45,399 nucleotides of DNA from an uncultured delta proteobacterium (GTDB taxonomy: Bacteria > Desulfobacterota > Desulfobacteria > Desulfobacterales > Desulfatirhabdiaceae): contig CAWBKP010000023.1 in the NCBI GenBank assembly GCA_963789395.1, forward strand, positions 1-45,399, in the 5' to 3' direction. Shown one piece after another: positions 1 to 9,086 of the stretch (positions are counted from its first letter, which is position 1; the number at the start of each line of letters is the position of its first letter). Under the pieces are notes generated by a model. The model was not told where the DNA came from. It was given only the letters and a program-made list of their open reading frames with translations, and made no database searches. The translations under genes were made by a program, and so were the position numbers.

Positions 1-33
1 CAATCCGAGGTTCAGCTCCATTCCATGCCGGAT

Positions 34-816
34 TCAATCCGGGAAAGGGGCTGGGGAAAGCACCTGCCGGATGTGATCTCGGATCGCAGACCAGTAGCGG
101 TCGGCACCACTGAACATCAGGTCGTTGTGTCCGGCGCCTTCGATTTCAACCAGGCGCCTGATTGCATTGGGGCAGGCATTATAAAGCGCCCTGGCATCGG
201 ATATGGGAATGATCTGGTCGATGGTGCCGTGAATGATCAGCGTCGGCAGATCCACGGTTGCATCAGATCGATGTTGTCCACAAACGCGGGCAGATCCTCT
301 TTATTCAAAGCCATACCGCTCAGCCTGAAGATGAGCTTCAATCCATCGGCATACGGGCTGTCCAGAATCAGTCCGCACAATTTCGCTCCGTGACGGGATG
401 CCAGAAATATCGCAGAGGCGCTCCCGAGGGACCGCCCATAACCAGTATTCTCTTGAACGTCCGTCCCACGGTTTTTCCCATGCGGGGATATCATTCAAGA
501 GAGCCTCGGCATCGTCAAACATGAGGCTGTAAGCCGGCAGGCCTGTGCTTTTTCCATACCCGCGATAATCGACACTCCAGAACGATACCCCGCAGCTTGT
601 AAAAAACGATGCGATATCGTCATAATCGGCAGCAATTTCGCCGTTGCCGTGAAAGAAGAGCAGGAGAGCATCGTTTGTCGGATGAAGATGCAGATATCCG
701 CCAATTTCGGCGTTCCCGGATGTGGTGACGGTCCGGATGCCTTCCGGAACATAACCCGGCTCCTCGGCTCTGGGATGAAACAGGATGCGGGATATGATAT
801 TGTCGTCTGGTTTCAT
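34..816 (-). CDS. Alpha/beta hydrolase (BEM46/ABHD13-like), split by apparent indel errors
   Basis: Three overlapping ORFs (301..816, 237..494, 34..255) carry in order FFHGNGE, VDYRGYGKS, the nucleophile motif GRSLGS, IIHGTIDQII and GAGHND. Confidence 0.8.
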
Positions 817-860
817 GAATTGTCCATTTTTGAATTTGGGACAGCATGCTGAGATTATTT

Positions 861-891
861 AAAAAAGGCAGAGCCTGATGCAGACTCTGCC
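861..891 (-). terminator. Rho-independent terminator after the Mo-oxidoreductase operon
   Basis: Minus strand GGCAGAG...CTCTGCC stem followed by a T6 run. Confidence 0.65.
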
Positions 892-986
892 CTGTTGTGA
901 TGTTTAATTTGTCTGCCAATAAACGACTGAAAGCTTGTCAGTCGCATCAACCCTACAGCCGGTTTATGGATGAAACCGGTCTTATT

Positions 987-2985
987 TCACTTTACATACA
1001 GTACCGACTCCTTGCTCAGGTCTTCCAGGATATTCCGGCCACCATCGATTGCCCTTTGCCGGATAAGCTCATATTCGCCAAATATGATGGCATCCGTCAT
1101 GCAGACTTCCGCGCAGACTGGGATTTCTCCCACATAGGTGCGATCCACGCAGAGATTGCATTTATGGGAAATCCCCGCTTTCAGATCAAACTGAATCACA
1201 TCATAGGGGCAGGCCTGTATGCACGCACAGCCGCAGCCAAGGCACCGTTTTGCTTCCTCGACAGCCATTTCTCCGGTCAGGCCCAATTGAACTTCCTCAA
1301 AATTGTTCACCCGGTCCAGAGGGTTCAGCACCGGCATTTGGGTCCGTTTCGCAGGATGATAATTCATCTTCTGAACTTCTTTGGCCACTGCGATGCCTCC
1401 GCCACGTCCTTCACGAAGGCAGGCGCCCTGAATGAACCGATCGATCGATACAGCAGCTTCTTTTCCGCCTGCAATGGCCTCAATCACGGTCCGGGGTCCA
1501 GTCACCGCATCTCCGCCGGCAAAAATATCCGGATCATCACTCTGGAACGTAACAGAATCTACATGTATTGTGCCCCAGTCCGTCAGTTGACAGGCGCACT
1601 CAGGAGTCAGGCATGCCCAATCGGATTCCTGTCCCAGTGCGGTGATCACAGCATCGACATCAAGGGTGAACTCAGAGCCAACAATCGGCTCCGGTGCTCT
1701 CCGACCGCTGCCATCCGGCTCTCCAAGGGCCATTTTAACACATTCGATCCGGTTCACTTTTCCATTGGTCCCGGTGAATCGAGTCGGCTGGGTCAGAAAA
1801 TGGATGGGAATGCCTTCGTCCTGCGCTTCCTTAATCTCTTCAGCATTGGCCAGCATCTCCTCTGCTGTCCGTCTGTAAATGATGAAAGCATCTTTGCCCC
1901 CCAGTCGCCTGGCTGTTCGAACCGCGTCAAAGGCGACATTCCCTCCGCCGATGACTGCCACGCGGCTGCCCAATGCAATCGATTCTCCTGAATTTATTCT
2001 GTCGAGAAAATCAATCCCTGGGAAAACACCATTTAAATCCTCGCCCTCCACGCCCAGAGTTTTTGCATTCCTGTGCGCCGATACCGATGAAAAAAGCCTT
2101 GTATCCCTCATTTCGCAGTTTTTCAACTGTCGTATCCTTTCCAAATGCCACCCCTGTTTTCATTTCCACACCCAGATCGCGAATCACCTGAATCTCGGCA
2201 TCAACCAGGTTTTTAGGGAGCCTGTAAGAAGGAATCCCTGCCGTCAGCATGCCGCCGAGAGCCTGTGTTTTTTCAAACACGGTCACCGGGTAACCCTTTC
2301 GTGCAAGGAAATATGCACAGCTAAGCCCTGCCGGCCCGGCTCCGACCACGGCGATTCTGTCCGCCTTTTTCTCCTTGACCTCTGGAACATATCGCGTCTG
2401 CGCATTCAGGTCCAGGTCTGCGACAAACCGCTTGATCATATTGATAGCCACGGGCGCGTCAATTTCTGCCCGGTTGCAGTAGGATTCACAAGGATGGTCA
2501 CACACACGGCCACAGATTGCCGGGAACGGATTGTCTTCTTTCATCAGAGAGAGTGCTTCCTGAAATTTCCCCTTGGCCACCAGACGAACATATCCCTGAA
2601 CATTCATATGGGCCGGGCAATTGGCCTTGCAGGGTGATGTGAACTGTTTTTGAGTGGTTTCAGCGCCCTGGACCGCGTTGCAGCCGTCACAGGTGTTTTT
2701 ATCGATGGATACGATGCCGCTGTCCGGGCTTTTGCTGATCGCCCCTTCCGGACAGGCCCCCACGCAATTGGGTTTGCTGCAATGCTGGCACGGGACAACC
2801 CATGCATCGACCGACAGATCGGGAAAGGCGCCCTGGCTTCGAGTCTCCACACGCAGATAATAAGGTATCGCGTTCGGCATGGCGGTTTTATGATCGATGA
2901 TCTCGTGATAATTCCGGCATGCCACGATGCAAGTTCGGCAACCGATACACCGGTTTAAATCTACCATTAAACTGAGCTGTTTCAT
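987..2985 (-). CDS. DmsB/NrfC-type 4Fe-4S subunit with an inserted GltD/NfnB-like FAD/NAD(P)H oxidoreductase domain (one frameshift near 2062)
   Basis: CIGCRTCIVAC, CQHCSKPNCVGACP, CDGC, then PCKANCP, CGRVCDHPCE, GAGPAG, GGGNVAFD..YRR, GGD, EAKRCLGC, then ACIQACPY and KCNLC..PVCAEVC. ORFs 2011..2985 and 987..2144 join at an A-run (IGAQECK/TLGVEGE). Confidence 0.85.
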
Positions 2986-5132
2986 ATTCCCTCCTTTACG
3001 ATACGGACACGGGTCGAAACATGGGATTCCCCGCCGATAACATCCTGCCAGTCCAAAGTAGAACCGGAGTCCGGAATCAACAGATTGTTACTGACGCCTT
3101 TGCCGACCGTGGCAACCCTTCCTACCGTGGAACCAAAACCATGGTGCATCCCCACGCAATCCGGCCGGATGCCTTCAGTCAGAGTGACCCTTACCTGAAT
3201 GCTTCCGTTAGATGATGCCACGGTCACGGTATCATCCTGGGATATCCCAAGATTTGCGGCGGTGGTCGCATTCATCATGAGGGGATTGTCATGAATTCCC
3301 GAAATTCGGTCACGCAACTGCGGGTTGTTGTGGGTCCATTGTCCTGATCCGGAATGGAAAATAGTCCGATATGAAATGAGGATAAAAGGATATTCTTCTG
3401 TTTTCACCCTGTATTCCGGGGCAAGCTCAACGCGGGGCCAGTCCTGATTCCAGGGCGATGCTTCAAGGTCTTCCCAGTGCAGATGAATTTTCCCGCTCGG
3501 CGTGCCGAAACCGCCTGCTTTCTGGTATTTTTTGAATCCCATGGTGTGGGGGGACCAGAGTCCTCCGATCTGCCGGAGTTTTTCAACCGAAAGTCCCAAA
3601 CTCGCCAGTTGGATGTCATAATAGGCGATATCGTTTTCAAACTGAAAATATTCCGGCACCAGCCGTTTGCCCAGTTCAATAAAAATTTCATTGGAATGCC
3701 GACGTTCTCCGGAAGCTTCCATCACCGGCTGTCTCAAAGCAACACCATGACCGAAATTATACCACCATGGCATATACAAAAGCTCCCATCTTTCAAAAAA
3801 GGATTTATCCGGCAAAACCAGATCCGCATACATGGATGTCTCCGACAACATGATCTCAAAGCTGACCAGCAATTCAAGTTTGTACTGGCCGCTTCCGTCT
3901 TTTTCCTTGACTGCCTCCTGCCAGACGTTTTGTCCCATCTCTGTCAACGCGGGATTTGACTCGGCCGTGATAAGAACTTTAAGCCCCCCGTCTTTTATTG
4001 CCTGAGCTTCGTACCATGTAGGCTCCATGATAAATTGATATTTTTCGAATTTATCACGATTTGGACCCGTTCGGTGCCAGCCCAGTTCATGTAGATTCGG
4101 GCCGCTGGGGGCAGGCTCCACCGGGGCCAAGGACACTAGATCCGGCAGAGGCTGACCGCCAGGGTTGTCAATATTGCCGGTTATCGCCAGAAAAATACAC
4201 CAGATATGGGAAAAATCCAGTGCATTGCCGAGCATGACCCCCTTGAAACTGTCTATACCCACGGAAGGGGCCTTGGCGCATTCTTCAGCCAGGGATTTGA
4301 TGACAGCCGCAGGCACATCGCAGATTTCACTCATTTTCTCCGGTGTTTTATCCGCCACCCAGCTTTTAAGCTTTTGAAAATCGCCTTGCCGTATCCAGTT
4401 TTCAACAAAATCCTTATCAAATAGGTCCGATGCAATGATATGCTGGATCATTCCCGTAAAAAAAGCCGTGTCTCCGCTTGGTTTGATGGGGATCCATTGG
4501 TCGGCCTTGGCTGCCTCTGTGGTAAAAATGGGATCAATCACCACCAGTTTGGCGCCCCGGCTTCTGGCATCCAGAATATCCCTGGGAACCGCGGCATCTT
4601 CCAGCCCCCCGAAAGCATGGCGGCCGGCCAGAATCATGATGCCTCCCTTGGGTACCGAAAACCAGGCCGGCGGAATATGATGGTTCGGAACCCCACCCAT
4701 GGTTTTGATAAAAGACAAAATCTTAGCAGAGTCACAGTGGGGAAGTGCGGTATTGATAAAACCGCCGTAAGCATTCAGAAAACGCCATTTGGGATCCGTG
4801 ATGCTGTGGGGAAAGAAACTAGCCGTCAGCTTGTGGGCCTCGCCCCGGTCTCTGAGCTCTTTGAGTTTTTGGGTCATGATATTCAGTGCTTCATCCCAGG
4901 AAATCCGCTCGAATTTACCTTCGCCGCGCTCGCCAATGCGTTTCATCGGGTAATCGAGCCGATCCGGAGAATATGCCATCGAAACGCCGGACATGCCCTT
5001 AACGCATGCTTTCCCACGTGCCCGTGGATTGCCCCGGATTTCTTTCAGCACCCCGTCTTCAACGCGTGCGATTATGGCGCATTCAGCCTTGCATTGATAA
5101 CAAACCGTCGGTATCCACTCTGATTTATTCAT
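2982..5132 (-). CDS. Molybdopterin (Mo/W-bisPGD) oxidoreductase catalytic subunit, PsrA/PhsA-like, no TAT signal
   Basis: N-terminal CYQCKAEC..CVKG Fe-S motif, SPDRLDYPMKR..GEGKFERISWDEAL, KLVVIDP, ADQWIPIKPSGD, ETSMYADLVLP and a C-terminal molydop-binding domain. AAGGAGG SD precedes ATG 5132. No twin-arginine motif. Confidence 0.9.
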   Translation of the reverse strand: MNKSEWIPTVCYQCKAECAIIARVEDGVLKEIRGNPRARGKACVKGMSGVSMAYSPDRLDYPMKRIGERGEGKFERISWDEALNIMTQKLKELRDRGEAHKLTASFFPHSITDPKWRFLNAYGGFINTALPHCDSAKILSFIKTMGGVPNHHIPPAWFSVPKGGIMILAGRHAFGGLEDAAVPRDILDARSRGAKLVVIDPIFTTEAAKADQWIPIKPSGDTAFFTGMIQHIIASDLFDKDFVENWIRQGDFQKLKSWVADKTPEKMSEICDVPAAVIKSLAEECAKAPSVGIDSFKGVMLGNALDFSHIWCIFLAITGNIDNPGGQPLPDLVSLAPVEPAPSGPNLHELGWHRTGPNRDKFEKYQFIMEPTWYEAQAIKDGGLKVLITAESNPALTEMGQNVWQEAVKEKDGSGQYKLELLVSFEIMLSETSMYADLVLPDKSFFERWELLYMPWWYNFGHGVALRQPVMEASGERRHSNEIFIELGKRLVPEYFQFENDIAYYDIQLASLGLSVEKLRQIGGLWSPHTMGFKKYQKAGGFGTPSGKIHLHWEDLEASPWNQDWPRVELAPEYRVKTEEYPFILISYRTIFHSGSGQWTHNNPQLRDRISGIHDNPLMMNATTAANLGISQDDTVTVASSNGSIQVRVTLTEGIRPDCVGMHHGFGSTVGRVATVGKGVSNNLLIPDSGSTLDWQDVIGGESHVSTRVRIVKEGI

Positions 5133-5195
5133 TTTGCCTCCTTTTCCATGAACCCGGCGCTCCAAAACCTCCTTAATAGACTTCGGACCGGATAG

Positions 5196-5330
5196 TTATT
5201 GCTCTTTTCCCTTCTCTTCATTGGGATAGTTGGGATATTTGCTATGAAACGCCTTCACCGTCAGGTAAGTGACAGCTATGAACCCGGCAACAATCAGCCA
5301 GATACCGGGATGGAATGGTGAATAATCCAT
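5196..5330 (-). CDS. Small single-TM protein, 44 aa (not in ORF track)
   Basis: MDYSPFHPGIWLIVAGFIAVTYLTVKAFHSKYPNYPNEEKGKEQ. AAGGA SD right after the FNT stop; hydrophobic stretch at about residues 10-25. Confidence 0.6.
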   Translation of the reverse strand: MDYSPFHPGIWLIVAGFIAVTYLTVKAFHSKYPNYPNEEKGKEQ

Positions 5331-5342
5331 AGAGTTTTCCTT

Positions 5343-6224
5343 TTACAGTTTGAGCATGTTGTTGGTTTTGTTCTTGTACAGTTCGGACACCCTGGCTGGA
5401 TGAGACACAAGCTGAAATACGATTCCTACAAATAAGATGCCGCCGATAAGGTTTCCTAAAACTGTGTAGAGCTGGTTATGAGCCCAGCCATACTGGCCGA
5501 ATCCCCAATGAAGAATAACAGGGGTTATGTCGGGCATGTTTTCCACAACTTTTAAATAATAATCTTGTTGGAACAGCGGCAGGGCCAGAAATCCGATATT
5601 GGCGATACAGTGCTCGGTCATGCCGGCCACAAAGGCAAGCGGCCCGTAAGCAGCCATGGCGATCTTGGCGATGTCGCTGTCGGCCTTGACATAGAGGATG
5701 GCAGCGGTCTGAAGCATCCAGGTACAAACGATACCCATAACAAAGATCTGGGTTGCGGTCTGACCCATTTTGGCCACACCGATGCCATGAGCTTTCAAGA
5801 GCCAGGGAAGCGAAGCATAGCTGCCGGATTTGCTGATAAGCCACATAAAGAACATACTGCCGATGAAATTGCCCACATATCCGAGAGTGACCCCCCATAC
5901 AAACCAGCCCCATTTGATGCGGTGGTGGAAAACGCCAATCACACCGATATACATGTCAGCCGTAACCAAGGTCATGCCGCTGACCATGATGATGACCAGA
6001 GAAAACATGAACACCAGACCCATGAGCAGGTTGGCCAGCCCCGGCGCCAGTTTTTCTGACACGCCGGCACTCACTGCCAGAGCCAGCGTTGCCCCGAATA
6101 CGACCATGGCTCCCCCGGCAAATCCGGACAGCAGATAGGACAAGGGCCGATAACGGATCATATCCCACTTATAGGTGCAGATGTCCGCGACCCTTACGAC
6201 AAGTTCATCCACATTTGCCGGCAT
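5343..6224 (-). CDS. Formate/nitrite transporter (FNT) family channel
   Basis: Six hydrophobic segments with FNT-like motifs SGMTLVTAD, YVGNFIGS, GIVCTWM, FVAGMTEHCIAN, VLGNLIGG. Confidence 0.85.
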   Translation of the reverse strand: MPANVDELVVRVADICTYKWDMIRYRPLSYLLSGFAGGAMVVFGATLALAVSAGVSEKLAPGLANLLMGLVFMFSLVIIMVSGMTLVTADMYIGVIGVFHHRIKWGWFVWGVTLGYVGNFIGSMFFMWLISKSGSYASLPWLLKAHGIGVAKMGQTATQIFVMGIVCTWMLQTAAILYVKADSDIAKIAMAAYGPLAFVAGMTEHCIANIGFLALPLFQQDYYLKVVENMPDITPVILHWGFGQYGWAHNQLYTVLGNLIGGILFVGIVFQLVSHPARVSELYKNKTNNMLKL

Positions 6225-6242
6225 ACCATTACCCTCCTTTTA

Positions 6243-6398
6243 TCAAACTTCCAATGGCGGGGTGGCCATGAAATCTTCGGGCCGCATTCCGATAGGCAGT
6301 TTCATACTATAGAGTAGGCGGCATCCATGGCCATGAGAGGTTACTTCAGATTCAGCGATGATAGTCTGTTTGAGCTTTTTCAGAAGATTTTCCCGCAT
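6243..6398 (-). CDS. Small protein, 51 aa, first ORF of the FNT operon (not in ORF track)
   Basis: MRENLLKKLKQTIIAESEVTSHGHGCRLLYSMKLPIGMRPEDFMATPPLEV. Strong AGGAGG SD; the stop is followed directly by the FNT SD. Confidence 0.5.
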   Translation of the reverse strand: MRENLLKKLKQTIIAESEVTSHGHGCRLLYSMKLPIGMRPEDFMATPPLEV

Positions 6399-6525
6399 GA
6401 GAGTCATCCTCCTACATCAGGTCTAACAGGCAATAAATGAGGGACTGCCAATGGGCGTGGCGGATGCGGTTTCATGTGGTGGGAGCAAATATGAAGCACA
6501 GCCGCCAAAGGCAGTCTTCATTTGC

Positions 6526-6554
6526 TGTTTAGTGCGATAAATGAAAATTGTCAA
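6526..6554 (-). promoter_or_regulatory. Putative sigma70 promoter of the FNT/Mo-enzyme operon
   Basis: TTGACA-17 bp-TAAACA on the minus strand. Confidence 0.45.
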
Positions 6555-6659
6555 TCATTGTTTGATCATCCGGCTGAACAAATGACAACCGGATGATTAC
6601 CAACGCCATGAAAAGACTTAAATTGATTTCCGGCAGAAAATACCCCGGTGTGTCTCTGG

Positions 6660-7052
6660 TTATCTGGCGCTCTTCATGAAATCCGAAGCAAATAATTCTT
6701 TCAAAGGATCTAAAATTGGCCCCAAATCAGATGGATCAACTGTTTTTACTGACAGACCTTCTTGCTCAGCCTGCCTTCTAAAGACATCATCTGACGGAGA
6801 GTTTCCAGTTAAGATTAAAATGTTGGCCCACTGGTTCTTCGCTCGGAATGCAGCTTGAAATAAATCGCTTACATCCTTTTCTTGGGGTGCTTCATCCACT
6901 ACACGCGATAAAACATGCCCCAGTACATAGCAGCTGGCAGCATCCATCAAAACATAGATATCGTAAGGCTCATCCTGGACCAAGATGAACTCCTCATTAA
7001 TCCTGACCGCTATCCATGCTTCATTAACGTTGAATTGATCTGGTGTGATCAT
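6660..7052 (-). CDS. Hypothetical protein, probable integron cassette gene
   Basis: 130-aa ORF with GGAG SD; its TAA stop lies within an AGATAAC R''-like box. Confidence 0.7.
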   Translation of the reverse strand: MITPDQFNVNEAWIAVRINEEFILVQDEPYDIYVLMDAASCYVLGHVLSRVVDEAPQEKDVSDLFQAAFRAKNQWANILILTGNSPSDDVFRRQAEQEGLSVKTVDPSDLGPILDPLKELFASDFMKSAR

Positions 7053-7077
7053 ATCAATACTCCGTATTGCTCTTTAT

Positions 7078-7612
7078 TCAAGTTACATAATGATCGAGTG
7101 ACTGGTTTCCATCGCCTTTAACCATCGTGCGAATCAATGTCTTGAAGAATAGTACACGGTCCTCGCCTTTTCCATCGTAGTCCTCGAACACTGGGATACC
7201 ATCGATCACGTTATCGCTGCCCTCGGCACGGAAGCCCATGCGGAGGTGAAAAGCGATAGATCCCTTGTTGATCGGTGAGGTAACACAACGAATTGTGTGG
7301 CAGCCGAATGCCGTGACGGCAGAGATAGAAACGGTTGTACAGTGCTTGCCCCAATCCACCCTTTCTGAAATCCGGATGGACGCCAACGAAATGGATGTAG
7401 GCCTCTTCAGGGACAACCTGAGAGACAAACCCGATAACAAAGCCAACTATCTTGCCGTCGCGCTCAGCAATGAAACTTGTGTTCCCAAAATGCACGAAAA
7501 AGAGCTTGGGCAACATGTCAGCCATTCGGCGGCCACCCCACCATTCATCAACGACAGCGATGATCGGCTGATAGTCAACCGGTTTCACATGGCGGATTAT
7601 CGACTCACTCAT
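7078..7612 (-). CDS. GNAT N-acetyltransferase (YqjY-like), cassette gene, one frameshift near 7328
   Basis: WWGGR..LPKLFFVHF, YIHFVGVHPDFRKGGLG, CVTSPINKGSIAFHLRMGF, DYDGKGEDRVLF across two frames. Confidence 0.85.
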
Positions 7613-7646
7613 TGAGTCTCTTTTCCATGATCATCAATAGATGCAT

Positions 7647-7713
7647 AACTAACGCTGCGCATCCAGACGGACCGCGGCAGAGCCGCGGTCCGTCTGGATG
7701 CGCAGCGTTATGA
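7647..7713 (-). mobile_element. Integron attC site
   Basis: TCATAAC...GTTAGTT ends enclosing a 29-bp inverted repeat with a 3-nt loop, lying between cassette genes. Confidence 0.75.
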
Positions 7714-7803
7714 AGTCCTTTGGTTCCCAACGGGTCTTGTCCTGCCCACAATTCAAGATTCAAGGGCTGACCAAGCCTTCTCCGAAAGGTTTTTTTAATC
7801 GGC

Positions 7804-8280
7804 TCATTGATCGTAGCTCATGCCCCCCAGCAATTTCCAGCGATCACCCTCTTTCACCCACGTATGGGTTATCCGCGATGATTGTGTTTTCGCAACACCG
7901 ACGGTGTCACTGCAATTGACGTAAATGGTGTATTGAGTCAGCGCAACCTCTCCCAGCAACCGGATACCGGCCCGTTCAATCTTGAAAGTGCATGAAGTGG
8001 GCTTGGGGACTAATTGCTTCATGAAACGAGCACTTTCTTCTCTGTCAATCGGTTGCGGCACGGCGCCCGGCCACCCAAGGAATTGACTATGCACAATGGC
8101 AAGTACCCCCTCGTAATTTGCTTTATAGAGGTTTGCGAAGTAAGCCTCTTCCAATGCCCAAATCTCCTCTTCCACCGTGTCCCTCCTATTGTCCGTGTCT
8201 GCTGTGGCTGAATAAGCCTGTGAATAGGAGAAAAGAATAAATGCCAAAATGATTGTCCACAACAGGACCTTGTTCTTCAT
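7804..8280 (-). CDS. Secreted NTF2-like/DUF4440 family protein, cassette gene (alternative start 8346)
   Basis: Signal peptide MKNKVLLWTIILAFILFSYSQAYSA; NTF2-like C-terminus SRITHTWVKEGDRWKLLGG. Confidence 0.75.
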   Translation of the reverse strand: MKNKVLLWTIILAFILFSYSQAYSATADTDNRRDTVEEEIWALEEAYFANLYKANYEGVLAIVHSQFLGWPGAVPQPIDREESARFMKQLVPKPTSCTFKIERAGIRLLGEVALTQYTIYVNCSDTVGVAKTQSSRITHTWVKEGDRWKLLGGMSYDQ

Positions 8281-8352
8281 AGAAGGATCCTCATCTTTCC
8301 CAGCTTTTTCGGGCCATTCTTGATTTATCACCTTTTGCTTTTGCATTCTCCT

Positions 8353-8412
8353 TCGTAACGCCTGACATAAGCGGCATGCCGGAGGCATGTCCGCTTGAAG
8401 GAAATGTTGGGC
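8353..8412 (-). mobile_element. Integron attC site (canonical 60 bp)
   Basis: GCCCAAC ATTTC CTTCAAGCGGAC ATGCCTCCGGCAT GCCGCTTATGTC AGGC GTTACGA: RYYYAAC...GTT core with an imperfect stem and unpaired bases. Confidence 0.9.
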
Positions 8413-8447
8413 CGTGCATGCTTGGCAACCTGCGAGGACCTCCCTGG

Positions 8448-8828
8448 TTACTGCATCGAATGCAGGCCAATCATGTTTCCTTCTGTGTCAATGACCAATG
8501 CAATGTAGCCATACTGCCCGATGGACATTTTATCTTTCTGAACTTGACCTCCGGCCTTGGCCGCCTTTGCGGCCTCAACTGCACAATCAGTGCAGCTAAA
8601 GTAGACCAGCACGCTATTGGCGCCCGAAGGAAAGCCCGGCATCTTGACCAGCGCGCCCGATGCACCAAAACCATCAGGTCTCATGGGGAATGCCCACAAT
8701 TCCATACCCGGCTCCAATCCCGGGTTTTCAAGCTTTGATAGATCTACTCCAATCACTTTTTCATAGAACGCTTTGGCGCGATCTATGTCTTCGACGTAAA
8801 TCTCAAACCAGCCAACAGGATTGTTCAT
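8448..8828 (-). CDS. VOC/glyoxalase family protein, first cassette gene
   Basis: NPVGWFEIYVEDIDRAKAFYEKV...DTEGNMIGLHS; AAGGAG SD. Confidence 0.9.
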   Translation of the reverse strand: MNNPVGWFEIYVEDIDRAKAFYEKVIGVDLSKLENPGLEPGMELWAFPMRPDGFGASGALVKMPGFPSGANSVLVYFSCTDCAVEAAKAAKAGGQVQKDKMSIGQYGYIALVIDTEGNMIGLHSMQ

Positions 8829-8864
8829 AGCCTTACTCCTTTCTTGATGCGGGTTGATTGCTCA

Positions 8865-8883
8865 GCCCAACAAGTAGTTGAGC
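8865..8883 (-). mobile_element. attI-like recombination site
   Basis: GCTCAAC-TACTT-GTTGGGC 7-5-7 simple site. GTTGGGC is the exact complement of the GCCCAAC that closes the VOC cassette. Confidence 0.7.
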
Positions 8884-9086
8884 AGTTTCTGGATATCTTT
8901 CCAGCAAGTGAAAGATAGGAGAACCTGCAATATCTGATTTTCTATTCTTCCTGCATGAAACCCCCTATCTCAATGCAATCTTTGCAATATATTATCGAAT
9001 AATACTTGAAAAGACATTTTTGGCACTGGAATTTTTTCTGTATATCATGCTGATAAAAAGCAAATAACAGTTTCTGGATAATATTC

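Noticed and set aside
897..1991. Long antisense ORFs (897..1991, 11621..12715, 14397..15422 and similar)
   Set aside because: They are shadows of well-supported genes on the opposite strand, with no recognisable motifs.
5133..5165. N-terminal extension MERRVHGKGGK as a TAT signal
   Set aside because: No hydrophobic region follows the RR, and the better-spaced SD supports ATG 5132.
8347..8388. ORF-track start of the DUF4440 gene at 8388
   Set aside because: It lies inside the attC site, outside the cassette's coding region.
9038..9053. Possible E. coli-type LexA box upstream of the intI stub
   Set aside because: Only the CTGT half matches; the right half is not ACAG.
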